DNA of 44,552 bases from Octopus bimaculoides (taxonomy: Eukaryota): assembly GCF_001194135.2 (NCBI RefSeq), contig NC_069001.1, forward strand, positions 37,469,477-37,514,028, written 5' to 3'. Shown here in pieces: positions 22,564 to 33,640 of the stretch. Below the pieces are notes generated by a model, which was given only the letters and a program-made list of their open reading frames with translations, did not search any database and had not been told where the DNA came from. Within the stretch, counting starts at the first letter, position 1. Every line of letters begins with the position of its first letter. The position numbers and the translations under genes are program-made.

Positions 22564-23973
22564 TTATTTGACATTTTCCACTTTAATGAATTTGGCAATA
22601 AAAAACCCGATTGTGTCTCTGTTAAAGGCGTCTTTGCTATCACCTGAAACATCTGGTTTAAACCGTTGAACTAACTTCAGATGTTCTGGTGATAGGGAAG
22701 AACCTACTAAACCAGTATCTCCAATATGAGGCTCCTGTGCAGTGAGGACGAGCTGGGGGAAGCTAGCCAAAACCCAGGCCACTTGTTCTTCATTTTCTGC
22801 TAAAGTTATGGTGCAAGTACTGTATACCAAAGTGCCACCGACTTTTAACAGTCCGACGGCTTGTCGAAGTAGTTTACGTTGATACATGGGGAAAGACTTC
22901 AGAAACGATAAACACATTTTGTTACAACACGACGGTCTCTGTCCGAGAGCACTGCACGGAGCATCAAGCAGAATCCGGTCAAAGGTTCCCGGAGGGTACG
23001 GGGGACCTTTGGTTGCTTCAGCTGAACCTTGAAGTGATTTTGTGGAATCAAATGCATAAACCTCAACACATGTTAGACCCCAGCAAGACACTAAAGAGGT
23101 TAGGCGCTCTGCTTTGGGTTTAGTGCGATCTATCGCCACCAGGCGGCCTTTGTTTCTCATCAGTGTGGCAATATGAGTGGTTTTGCCTCCTGGAGCGGCA
23201 CACATATCGAGGACAGTATCGTTTGGCCGAGGGTTCAGCACGTAACTACAAACGGCCGAGGGAAGATTTTGGGCAAATATCAGATCTGAGGTTAAATTGT
23301 CAAGTCTTGGAGCTGAATACAGAGCATTCGTTACCGATACACCAACTCCTGATAATACATGATCGGGCGACGAGTCGCGGAAGATCTGATTGCGACTGAC
23401 CAGGGCAACGCCGTTCCCGAGAAAAATTTTCTCCCCCTTCAAAGGCTGTGTTTGTCCGCGAAGACAAGATCCTTCCATATCGACATACAGCGAAACAATA
23501 TCCCCACGAGTCATATCCAAAGGAGCACCAATGATCCCTTTAACGAACACTTCAGATCCCCTTAGAACCGACATACCACACATGTGGTCAACAACTACTT
23601 GGTCTCCTCGTCTCTCGATCGACTGAACTGGCCCAGCATTAGGTATTATCACAACATCGGGCATGAGAGGGTGGAAGAAAGGCTCGGCCAGTTGCACGGC
23701 CCTTTTTCGGTGGTTGTCTATCAACTGTTCTTTGAGGAGGGCGAGTAGAGGTTCGGGGTCCTGTTGGAGGGTGTTTACACGTACGACAGTAAAGAGTGGC
23801 GGGATTGGAAGAAGAGAGAGTAAATGACAAATTTCTTTCTCACATCTGTCTCTGTCACTTTCAGTAGACTTGGGGAAATTCAGAGATTCTGTCTTCAGGT
23901 ATTCCAGAACTTCACTATTCAATTTAATTTGAGGTGGCAGACAATCATTTGCAGTTTGTTGATTCCTCTCCAT
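22564..23973 (-). CDS. NSUN6: tRNA (cytosine-72-C5)-methyltransferase NSUN6, single-exon CDS, 469 aa
   Basis: Uninterrupted ORF. N-terminal PPLFTVVRVNTL, PUA domain (CGMSVLRG...GDIVSLYVD), motif I DMCAAPGGKTTHIA, motif IV DRILLDAPCS, motif VI YSTCTI, and C-terminal DTIGFFIAKF. Minus-strand AATAAA at 22304-22299. Confidence 0.95.
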   Translation of the reverse strand: MERNQQTANDCLPPQIKLNSEVLEYLKTESLNFPKSTESDRDRCEKEICHLLSLLPIPPLFTVVRVNTLQQDPEPLLALLKEQLIDNHRKRAVQLAEPFFHPLMPDVVIIPNAGPVQSIERRGDQVVVDHMCGMSVLRGSEVFVKGIIGAPLDMTRGDIVSLYVDMEGSCLRGQTQPLKGEKIFLGNGVALVSRNQIFRDSSPDHVLSGVGVSVTNALYSAPRLDNLTSDLIFAQNLPSAVCSYVLNPRPNDTVLDMCAAPGGKTTHIATLMRNKGRLVAIDRTKPKAERLTSLVSCWGLTCVEVYAFDSTKSLQGSAEATKGPPYPPGTFDRILLDAPCSALGQRPSCCNKMCLSFLKSFPMYQRKLLRQAVGLLKVGGTLVYSTCTITLAENEEQVAWVLASFPQLVLTAQEPHIGDTGLVGSSLSPEHLKLVQRFKPDVSGDSKDAFNRDTIGFFIAKFIKVENVK

Positions 23974-24456
23974 GTTTCAGTCAACACCGAACAGTGAAAC
24001 CGGTATCTTATTAAATAAAGTCCCCGGTAAGATTTGTTTTACCCTGGATATTTATGTATAAACATGATGAAACAATTATAGCGTGGAAGACCTATTAGCC
24101 ATTGCCAAAAAAGAAAGAAAATAACACACACACGAAAAACTGTTAACTTCAACCAAGTAATGAATGTTTAAGTTAACAGTTTTGCTGTGTCTTTCAATGA
24201 CTAATATGTCCTCCACGCAGAAATTGTTTTAGTTTTCAGTACATGGTTTCAGAATCAAACCATTTGCCTAGCAAGTACGCCTATGGTTAGAAGCTGGAAA
24301 TAGCGACAGAGAGAGAAAAGGCATATCTACACACACACGCACGCACACAAACATCAAGAAAGACAATAGTGAACACAAAGATTCGGTTTCAAACCAGTTG
24401 TCAGACGGTTGATACTAGGAGTAAATATATATATACACACACACAAAGGGAAAATT

Positions 24457-25028
24457 GGCACTGTCATGCTATTAGCTGTCAGAAGTGAAAGTGCTCACTG
24501 CTAGTGAAGTATCTGTCTGTCTGCCTGCATGCCTGTTGCTGGCCTGTCGATTCTTTGGCTACTGACAGCTAATACCATGACTGGCCGGAGCGAGCTATAT
24601 GTCTGTCTGTCTGTCTATTACTCGAAAGTTCGCGCGTCCTATTATTTTTAAACTTCAAACTTCATTTGTTTTCTATTTTGATAAATTCTCTCTGTTGAAA
24701 ATTATATTTTTATATTTTAAATAATTTGCAATTTCAGGAAATATGTTTTTATATTAAATTTGTGTTTTCTACTCACGACTAGCTAGCGCGGACGCGCGAA
24801 CTTTCGAGTAATAGATAGATAGATAGAGAGAGAGACAGACATATAGCTCGCTCCGGCCAGTCATGGTATTAGCTGTCAGTNNNNNNNNNNNNNNNNNNNN
24901 NNNNNNNNNNNNNNNNNNNNNNGTGGCCAAAGAATCGACAGGCCAGCAACAGGCATGCAGGCAGACAGACAGATACTTCACTAGCAGTGAGCACTTTCAC
25001 TTCTGACAGCTAATAGCATGACAGTGCC
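24457..25028. mobile_element. Foldback-type non-autonomous DNA transposon with ~183-bp TIRs and an 8-bp TSD (MULE-like)
   Basis: 24457-24639 is the reverse complement of 24790-25028, apart from the N gap. The spacer is 150 bp and AT-rich. GGAAAATT is duplicated at 24449-24456 and 25029-25036, and the termini are GGCA...TGCC. Confidence 0.8.
24881..24922. other. Assembly gap (N run) inside the right TIR; true size probably near zero
   Basis: The left arm reads continuously across the equivalent position. Confidence 0.9.
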
Positions 25029-28000
25029 GGAAAATTAACGGAGAAACTAAGTGAAGCCTTCATTTTATGGAAATCGTTATGTTAGGGATTCTTATGATTT
25101 TCCACTTTATGGTTACAACACACCAACCTAAAACGTGACTGGGTTTGATTTTTTTTTTTTTTTGAGAAATATGTTTAATAAATTCTAAACCCCTCTGGTA
25201 GTCTCTCTGTCAGTAACTAATGTGGTGTTATTGTAGCTACAGAGATAGTGACGAAACAAGGAGTACTAAATATTGCCGTTTTGTAGGATTTAAAGCAGGC
25301 ACAGGTAACTTTTTTCGATCAACGGGTCACACGAGACATTCTCATGATAAGGCGGACCTCACTACTAAAAAAATTCTAGATAATTTTCATTAGGCGTGCC
25401 ATTCCAGGAACCCCTATGTGCCGTAGTTTGCCAATGTCTGGTTCAGACTTCTGACACACCCCAAGCAATTTTATGTAAGTTTGTTCTGACAGACTTTGGT
25501 ATTTTGTTTTGTTCTCCATATTTTAATATTAGTTTCAAATTTTGGCACAAGGTCAGCAATTTCAGGGGAAGGAGTAAGTCGATTACATCGACCCCCCTCC
25601 CTACTCAACCGGTACTTATTTTATCAACCTGGAAAGGATTTGAACTCAGAATATAAAGATGGATGAGATGCTGCTAAGCATTTGCCAGCTCGTCGCCTTC
25701 TGTCAATATTTTAATACTGGTTCAAATTTTGATACGAGGCCAGCAATTTTGGGTTAAGGGTCGGTTACATCATACATAATATTAGTAACAATTATCGTAT
25801 TTATTGACCTCATGTGCTTAATGTCCCATTTATAACAAGGCCACATTAGATGCGGGGCAATTTCTTTTTTTTATATATTTCGGAATAGAATAAATGTGCC
25901 GTGTATGTCCGCAAAATAAAGCAGGTTGTTCACTTATTAGTCAATTAATGACTTTGAAAAAATTGGCCAAGTTTTCAAGGTGACCGGTAAGAAAGTCACA
26001 ATTAATTTATGGGATCCGGACAAAACCCCAACTAGGACAAACCACCTCCCGGGACAAAACCCCTGTGATATTTTTTCCGTGCCTTTTTTTACCTGCGACT
26101 TTTTTTTTGTGCCTGGATTCGTTTTCAAACAGTTGACTTCGAAGTCCCATACCAAATGAGAAAAGATATTTTGTTATCCTTTTAATTTTAGTATTTCTGT
26201 AAATACCGTTCCCTTTTCACATGAGATATGGAATTTCGAAGGACAGCTATTTCTAAATTCAGTCCTTTGATTCATATTTATGGTATTTAAATGAAATATA
26301 TATTTTCCTCCTCAGCCAAAATTCCGCCCTGTGATTGTATTTTCGGTCACCGCTCCATTTTTGTCATCCCAAAACTTTGATGAAGTTCTGACATGAAATT
26401 AAAACTCGTATACCATTCACAAGTTTGACGTATGTAGCCCGCAGGGTAAATTTTGATATTAACACCCACACGATTTTTACTAAGAACAAAAAAAAAATTA
26501 TATATATATTCTTGGTAGTCTTCCGTATAAATATATATATATAATCGTCTTAACTTAAAGAATTTTCTAAGTGAAAATCGTGCGGGTGTTAATAACAAAA
26601 TTTACCAAAAAGACGTTAAACATATTGTGAAGTGACGCAAGGGAGATAACTGAGGCAAAACAGATTTGATAGGCGGTCAGCAGAATTGAGAACGATTACC
26701 TACAAAACAGCTAAACACAGCACACTTATGCTATATATGATCTTTCTATGCATATTATTTATATTAGACGTGTATAGATGCAGTTTTTTTTCCTTCTTAC
26801 CCTTATCCATTTCTTCAAACACCCATACGTGGAAATCGACGAGAGTGACTATCAGTATTTTATATATAACTGTTGTGTTTCAGCCAGCATAGTTTCCTGG
26901 TCTCTTGTTCTGAAAATTCTCAGAATTCATCTGGCTATTCACCTGCATTTCGTTACCATCTTGGTGATAGGTACATGAAACGAGGCATCGTTGCTCACAT
27001 CAACCCTTGAATTAAACTTGAACAGCCAACGACAGCTGCTATAGATCCACTCTGATAAGAAAAATAAAGATCTTGGGGTTTTGAAAATTTTAAAAATCCT
27101 TTTGTCACTGTATTTTTTGTTGAAATATACTGCTTTTGTTTCAATTAATTTTGGAAATAATACACAAATTTGTCAATATTAAGTTGGTGTTTGGAACATG
27201 GATTAACAGGATATTTTGATATTTAAGTGCAGGTACAATGCAGTGATGCAATGTAGAATACCTTAGTATCTTCAACATTGTCAGTTTGCCATCCAACTCA
27301 GTAACCCCACTTTCAGCAGCTCAAATATTCTTAGGGGTTACACAAGGTATAACAGCCCAAGCTTAAAACAAATTATTTACAAATTTCTTGTTTGCTAAAT
27401 ACTTGAAGGCATGTGGCGTAGTGCTAATGATGGCAAGATTATGGGTTCGATTCCTAGACTGGGTGGTGTGTTGTGTTCTTGAGAAAATTACTTCATTTCA
27501 TGTGGCTCCAGTTTGTCCAGTTGCAAATGAGTAAGCCTGCAACAGACTGGGGAAGGGTTGATTGTGATATCAGTCACTTCTACCACATGGGAACTAGGTA
27601 ACCGGCCTCTATGAGTTCTGGAGCTCAAATAGTGTCAAGGGGTTGATGATGATGATTTCAAATTTTGGCTTCAAGAGCAGCTTGTGGGAGGGGAATAAGT
27701 CTATTACATCAACCCCCCAGTGTTTCACTGGTGCTTAATTTATCGACCCCAAAAGGATGAAAGGCAAAATCGACCTTGGTGGAATTTGAACTCAGAATGT
27801 AGCGATGGGCGAAATACGACTAAGTATTCTGTCTAGTGTGCTAACAATTCTGCCAGCTCACCACCTTGGGGTTGATGATAATGAAATACCTGAAAGGAGA
27901 TGTAAAAGGTGTGAAAACGGTTTTTTTGATCGAGTTGACAGAATTATTAGAAACAATACAGAGTTCCCTTCTGGCACATTGTGACACTGGCAACGAAAGG

Positions 28001-28555
28001 TGCACCAGCAAGAGTTGGCTGTTACAGGGGATTTGCAGGCACACTCAGCAATGTCCATACAGACGCCGTCTCACATCCGAGAAATTCAACAGAGAACTGC
28101 ATGAGGCCTTAAAAATATGTAGGAGATTCATCAATAAAGTTTACAGACTTCATCATAATTCATAACTGTTTGCAATGTTATGAAAGAAGGAAAAGAAATT
28201 ACTTTTGTAGAAGGAGGACAGCTAGATATCAAGAGGTGACAGCTTGCAAAGACATGTCGCCTTGTTTGACACAGGTGTGGAATGTCTTTCTTATGTAAGG
28301 ATATCATTGGGTGATGTGTTGTAAGAAAGTTTAAGAAGAAGATATTTGATAGAGGTGGGTTTCATATTTAAAATTTAATAAAGTTCAGAAGATGTCTGAA
28401 AAGAAAAGATGTTACAGTTAATTAAATCTGAACCTAAATAGGGAAAATAATGAGAATGTTGGATATAGGCATGGAAAAAATGTGTGTGTGTGTGTATATA
28501 CACACACATATATATACATGTATACATATATATACACATGTACACATACATACAT

Positions 28556-28597
<42 letters not shown>

Positions 28598-28862
28598 GTA
28601 TACATACATAGAAACACATTTGCTTACATTGTTGTAATAAGAAGATACAAGACAGCAGAAACATACAAAAGAATGAGGAGAGAAAATAAATTGCTGAGTA
28701 GCTGATGGTATAAATAGTTTATTAAATTGCAGATTGTACAATGATAGCATCTAGAGATGACACTAAGCACCGTTGAGACACAGGGAGAGGAGATAGAGAC
28801 TTAACGACTGTAGTCGCCAAAGCCTCATAGCTGGCAAAAATTACAATGGAGCAGTCTAGAAG

Positions 28863-29051
28863 CTAGCACAGGTCTTCATCAGATCCGTGTCCATTATCTG
28901 TGTTGCGGGTTAGCATATAGTTGTCCATGTCAATTGAACGGCAGTTGTTAATGGCGTAGCGCAGTTTCTCTGCTAACACCTCTTGGCTTGAGTACATCGG
29001 CAGCCGGAGTTGGAAGAAGCAAGTCTGAGATGTGGGAAGACTGTCAGGACT
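28863..29051 (-). CDS. HERC1: HERC1 terminal coding exon (HECT C-lobe containing the catalytic Cys)
   Basis: Acceptor accag|AGT: SPDSLPTSQTCFFQLRLPMYSSQEVLAEKLRYAINNCRSIDMDNYMLTRNTDNGHGSDEDLC*. The tail RYAINNCRSIDMDNYML is characteristic of HERC1. Minus-strand AATAAA at 28723-28718. Confidence 0.95.
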   Translation of the reverse strand, partial: SPDSLPTSQTCFFQLRLPMYSSQEVLAEKLRYAINNCRSIDMDNYMLTRNTDNGHGSDEDLC

Positions 29052-29504
29052 CTGGTGGTCGTGGAGGAGGAGAAAATATGAAAAGGAAACAACAGACAAA
29101 TGTAAACAGAATTGAATTACTGCCGCTGCCACCGAACCCCATGCAAATAGTAAGAGCTACTTCTTTACACCACCATGTAGTGATTAGGACTCCTTCTACT
29201 GATGCATATAGTACATACTATCCCCCCTAGATATGCTCCTTTCCTTTACATTATTCTGTAGAGTCCTTCCATATATTCACTGGTCTCTCCTCCACTCCAC
29301 CCACCAACAAACCCTAATTATATCTAGAATTGCCCAACACATCCCCAACCCTCAGATACACACAGTAAAACCTCCTCCCCTACCCACACCCAACAAATTT
29401 CCCACCCTATACAACATCCCATTACATAGAACTCAGCTCCCCCCACCACCACCACACCTGCACATTATTCCCCTGCAATGCACACACCTCTGTCTGATAC
29501 TCAC

Positions 29505-29676
29505 CCTGTCCGAGTTCATAATCTGGAATCTCTGTGAGATGTCTGAAGAGTTGGCAGGTAAACGTGTCCGACCAGACACAAAACGAAGGAACTGGATGCG
29601 TTCTTCGTTGGCAAATGTTTCCAGAACTTTCCAGAACCATGTAACCACAGGACTAGATTCTTCAATACCACGGTAC
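29505..29676 (-). CDS. HERC1: HERC1 exon (HECT)
   Basis: ttag|G ... AGG|gtgagt, 172 nt: YRGIEESSPVVTWFWKVLETFANEERIQFLRFVSGRTRLPANSSDISQRFQIMNSDR. Confidence 0.93.
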
Positions 29677-29724
29677 CTAAGCAAGGACACACAGACAGAT
29701 GAGGTTCAAAATACAAAAAGATCA

Positions 29725-30720
29725 GAAATCTATGATGTCATAGATGTGCGAGTATACAATGTCATAAGTTTAGGATGTCATAGCTATAAAATATGATAAA
29801 AGTGTGATGTCACAGATGGGCTCTGGTGTAATTACACAATGTCATAATTTAGGATATCATAAATATGTGATGTAGCTGTACAATATGATAGAAATATAAT
29901 ATTCTTCTCTACTCTAGACAAAAGGCCCAAAATTTTAGGGGAAGGGGCCAGTTGATTAGATCGGCCCAGTATGCAACTGGTACTTAATTGATCAACTCTG
30001 AAAGTGTGAAAGGCAAAGTTGACCTCGGCGGAATTTGAACTCAAAACGTAAAGACAGATGAAATACTGCTAAGCATTTCGCCCGGTGTGCTAAGGGTTCT
30101 GCCAGCTCACAGCCTTGATAGAAGTATAATATTAGATGTGTCATAATGTAAAATGTACAATGTCATAACTTTTATGCTGTCATAGGTGCGTGATGTAAAA
30201 GAATGTAACAGATGTATAATGGTGCAAATCTGTCATAAGTAAGATATATCGTAGTTGTATGATGCTATAGTAACACAACCTGATGGAAGTATGATGTCAT
30301 AAATGTGATGTGGCACAATCCTACCATGTTATCAATTTATGATGTCATACATTTGTGATGTTATAGCAATGCTGTATGGTAGAAAGGCAATGTCATAAGT
30401 TTATGATGTCACTGACATCTGTTAGTATATATGCATGTAGTCATAAGAGTACAATAGATAGGTGGGTAATGAAGTAAATCTACATCATAGGTTTATGATG
30501 TCATTAGTATATAACGTCACATATGCTTAAAGTCACAGAGGTGTAAATTTACAGACATGTGATGTCATAAGTGTGTAATGGCAAAATATATGTCATAGGT
30601 GTATAATGTCACTGATATATGACATCATAGCCGAGTAATGTTGCAGACATATGATGTCATAACAACCTGTTATAGAGACTGTAACTTCAGGATGTCACAA
30701 AATTATGATGTTGCAGAAGT
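29725..30720. repeat. Decayed satellite-like array of (T/A)GATGTCA(T/C) motifs, interrupted by a SINE
   Basis: Roughly 15-20 motif copies by eye, irregularly spaced. Confidence 0.7.
29904..30115 (-). mobile_element. SINE family B copy with an 18-bp target-site duplication
   Basis: TGATAGAAATATAATATT (29886-29903) versus TGATAGAAGTATAATATT (30116-30133), one mismatch. Confidence 0.8.
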
Positions 30721-31073
30721 CAATCAGAGCCATTATGGCAATGAACTAGTTCGTTAGTCATTTTAACTCAGACTTGATGTTACTACTTGATGGTGGTGGG
30801 GGTGGTGATGTTGTAATGTCAGTCATAACATTGTGATTGTTACTTTTAATTACTACAAGATTATAACTCTCGTTATTAAGAAATGCATATAGTTACTATG
30901 GATCGTGACTGCTGTTACCATGTGATGGCTGTTGCTATGACTAAAAAAGGAATATGCTGTGACTGATGCAGTCATCATGAGATGTTAACTGCTGTAAAGA
31001 AGAGATGGTAACCAGGTAATTACCACAAGAGAGGGACCAAGTGGCGTTAACACCACTAGGTATAGAAACTTAC

Positions 31074-31207
31074 CTCACAATTTTACGCAAGACATCAATA
31101 GACACCTGTTCCATGCCACACACCAATTGTTCAAGATTTCTGGCAGTGAGGAGAGAGAGAAGGGGAACAGGGATGATCCAAGCCATGCCTTCACGTACAG
31201 CAGCAAC
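31074..31207 (-). CDS. HERC1: HERC1 exon (HECT)
   Basis: ttcag|GTT ... AG|gtaag, 134 nt: VAAVREGMAWIIPVPLLSLLTARNLEQLVCGMEQVSIDVLRKIV(R). Confidence 0.95.
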
Positions 31208-32224
31208 CTGAAATAATAGGGTGTAAATATTAGGTTGAAAAATTCCTTTGGAATAACAAAAAGTCAAGGGCTGTCCATGGGACCTGAACCCACATCTCCT
31301 GCAAACATGACAGCCATTCTACCACACACAGACACACATTAAAAGCGCAGAACTTGTGGTGCTTTACAAGACCTTTGACCCTGGTGGAGGGGAGTAAGAA
31401 AGCAGGACTCCTGACTGTCTGCTACAGTAACAATAAGTAGAAACGCATCAACAGATGGATTCACTGTTAAGACACGAACCTGGTCTCCGTGTTTGGGAGA
31501 CAGCAGTGGACCCTGCTAAGGGGAGCCAAAGAAGGACAAAGATTGGGAAGGGAGTTATTTGAGAGAAGTGGTTCTCAAGTATCTTTTACCTACAGTCCCC
31601 TTTGATGCCTGTTTTACTTGGAGGGACCAACATAGACATTTAAGGTTTGAAAAAAAATCCCATTTTAAAATTTGTGGTTTTTACAATTGCTAAGAACAAA
31701 ATGTGAAAATCAGACTAAGTTGGAATTTCATTGATTAATATGTTCTTCTATACACAATCAAACTGGGATATATATATATACATACATATATGTGTGTGTG
31801 TGTGTACGTACATATGTACGTTATATATACATACACACACATACAAACAACTATTCAAAAGCACACACACACACACACACACACAACTAGTCAACTAATG
31901 ATCCAGAGGGAGCTTCTATACAGTCAGCTGATCTGTTTCTGCTAGAAATAACAGCTAAATTTCCCTCAAATCGCACCCCATTATCTTAAAGAACAACAAC
32001 ACATTGGATAATGTAGTCCAAGGTACATTGTGCATGTATAAAAATAGCTTGCTCACAGCTAATATCCTTTTAACAGAAGTCTGCTGGGACTAGGACTGAC
32101 CTGGAGCTAAACAACACCAATGAAAGCTACATTAGATAATGTAGTTCTAGATACACTATGCCTGAATCAAATCCAGTCTGACCCAGGTCTAAACGACAAC
32201 ACAGTCTGTGAGACAAATACTTAC

Positions 32225-32377
32225 CTGTTTATCCATCTCATGTAAGCGATAGAGGGTCGCAGCCTCGGTGTAGGCCTTTCTGTTATGGAATGTTAGAGGA
32301 ATGCTCTTGCCACCTGATACGATAGGAAGCATCTGTCCTGAGGCACTCTGGCCTTCAAAACTGTCCAAAGGGATGTA
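32225..32377 (-). CDS. HERC1: HERC1 exon (HECT)
   Basis: cttccag|TAC ... CAG|gtaagt, 153 nt: YIPLDSFEGQSASGQMLPIVSGGKSIPLTFHNRKAYTEAATLYRLHEMDKQ. Confidence 0.93.
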
Positions 32378-32462
32378 CTGGAAGAGAGGGAGAGAGACAA
32401 ACAGAGAGATGAATATCATAACACAGAATGGCAAACATATATATACACACACACACATATAC

Positions 32463-33082
32463 ACAAGGGGAAGTCAGAAATTATCTGCACTTTCACCATA
32501 ACATATCTTTATTATTGTCACACTGCCTTCTGTGCATGCATGCTTATAATTTTGGTACTATTGTGGTCATGTGATCAATGTTTGTGCCTGATCGTGGTAT
32601 TTTTTTTTTCTGGATTTCCAGCGTAAGCATGGCCACTCCACTAGCAATGGGCACCAAAGAAGAACAAAGACCAGTGATCCAATTTCTCTGCAAAAGGGGT
32701 TTAACAATCAACAGTGCAAGATACAGAGCTTCCCTGGTCAACAAAACTGAAGCCAGCAATTTGCACCAAATGCCAAAGTCTGTTGTCAAAAAAAGTTTTG
32801 TTGTTGTTGCATGACAATGGCCAGATCTTGCCCCTTCTGACCATCATACTTTGGACAGCTCAAAGATGATTTACAAAGTCGTTGATTTCCTATGGATGAA
32901 GATGTGAAGGAAGCGGTGCATAAATGGTTGCATGTAGGGAATACACAAGTTTGTGGACCGTGGGACCAAGTGCACTGAAAAGGAAGAAGACTATACAGAA
33001 AAATGATGGACTTGTTTATCCCCTGCTTTCATGGAAATACATTGAAAAATCAAGAGTGTGTATAATTTTTGAATTTCCCTCG
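32463..33082 (+). mobile_element. Internally deleted, decayed mariner transposon
   Basis: 20-bp TIRs: CAAGGGGAAGTCAGAAATTA versus the reverse complement of the right end, CGAGGGAAATTCAAAAATTA (16/20), with TA at the right end. Transposase remnants MATPLAMGTKEEQRPVIQFLCKRG (~32628) and PDLAPSD..., ...DEDVKEAVHKW..., ...EKEEDYTEK* (~32820-33006), broken by frameshifts. Confidence 0.85.
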
Positions 33083-33559
33083 TATATATACATATATGTT
33101 AAGGCAGTGCTCCAGCATGGCTGCAGTCAAATGACTGAAACATGTGAAAGAATAGATAGGCAAATCAAAAATAAAAGACAGGAAAAAACAACAAAAGTCA
33201 ATTGGGCAAACACTCAGTGAATATATTAGACTGACAATCAGTGAAAGTTCTAAATGGGAAAATAGGAATAGAAATGATTGAGCATGGCTCTTTGTTGTTG
33301 GGAGGAGGAAAAAGTGTTGAGGAGGAACTGACAGTCCATCCCCCACCTCTTTTTTCTGTCACTGTTATAGTAAACCAACACTTGTATTGTATTGTACTAT
33401 CACCTAAACTGTACACCGTATCAATAATGTGCTATCTAATAGTACAGCCCATACTGTATTAAACAACCCACTCTGCACTACAGCCTATACTGTAATGTAA
33501 CACACTATATACCACAGCCTATTCTGTATTAGCAAAATCAACAAACAAAAATGACATAC

Positions 33560-33640
33560 TTCATGAAAATTTGTTTCATTGACACCACTTTCTTGAATGT
33601 TCCGAATCCCAGCCATGGTTTGGACAAAGAAATTGTCTAC
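33560..33640 (-). CDS. HERC1: HERC1 exon (HECT)
   Basis: ttttgcag|GTA ... GAA|gtatgt, 81 nt: VDNFFVQTMAGIRNIQESGVNETNFHE (human as recalled: VDLLYVQTLNSILHIEDSGITEESFHE). Confidence 0.9.

Noticed and set aside
23163-23830. Several overlapping 63-78-aa ORFs
   Set aside because: They are antisense or alternative-frame shadows of the NSUN6 CDS.
24457-25028. Inverted duplication as a pure assembly artefact
   Set aside because: The exact 8-bp TSD on both sides and small arm differences argue for a real insertion; long reads would settle it.
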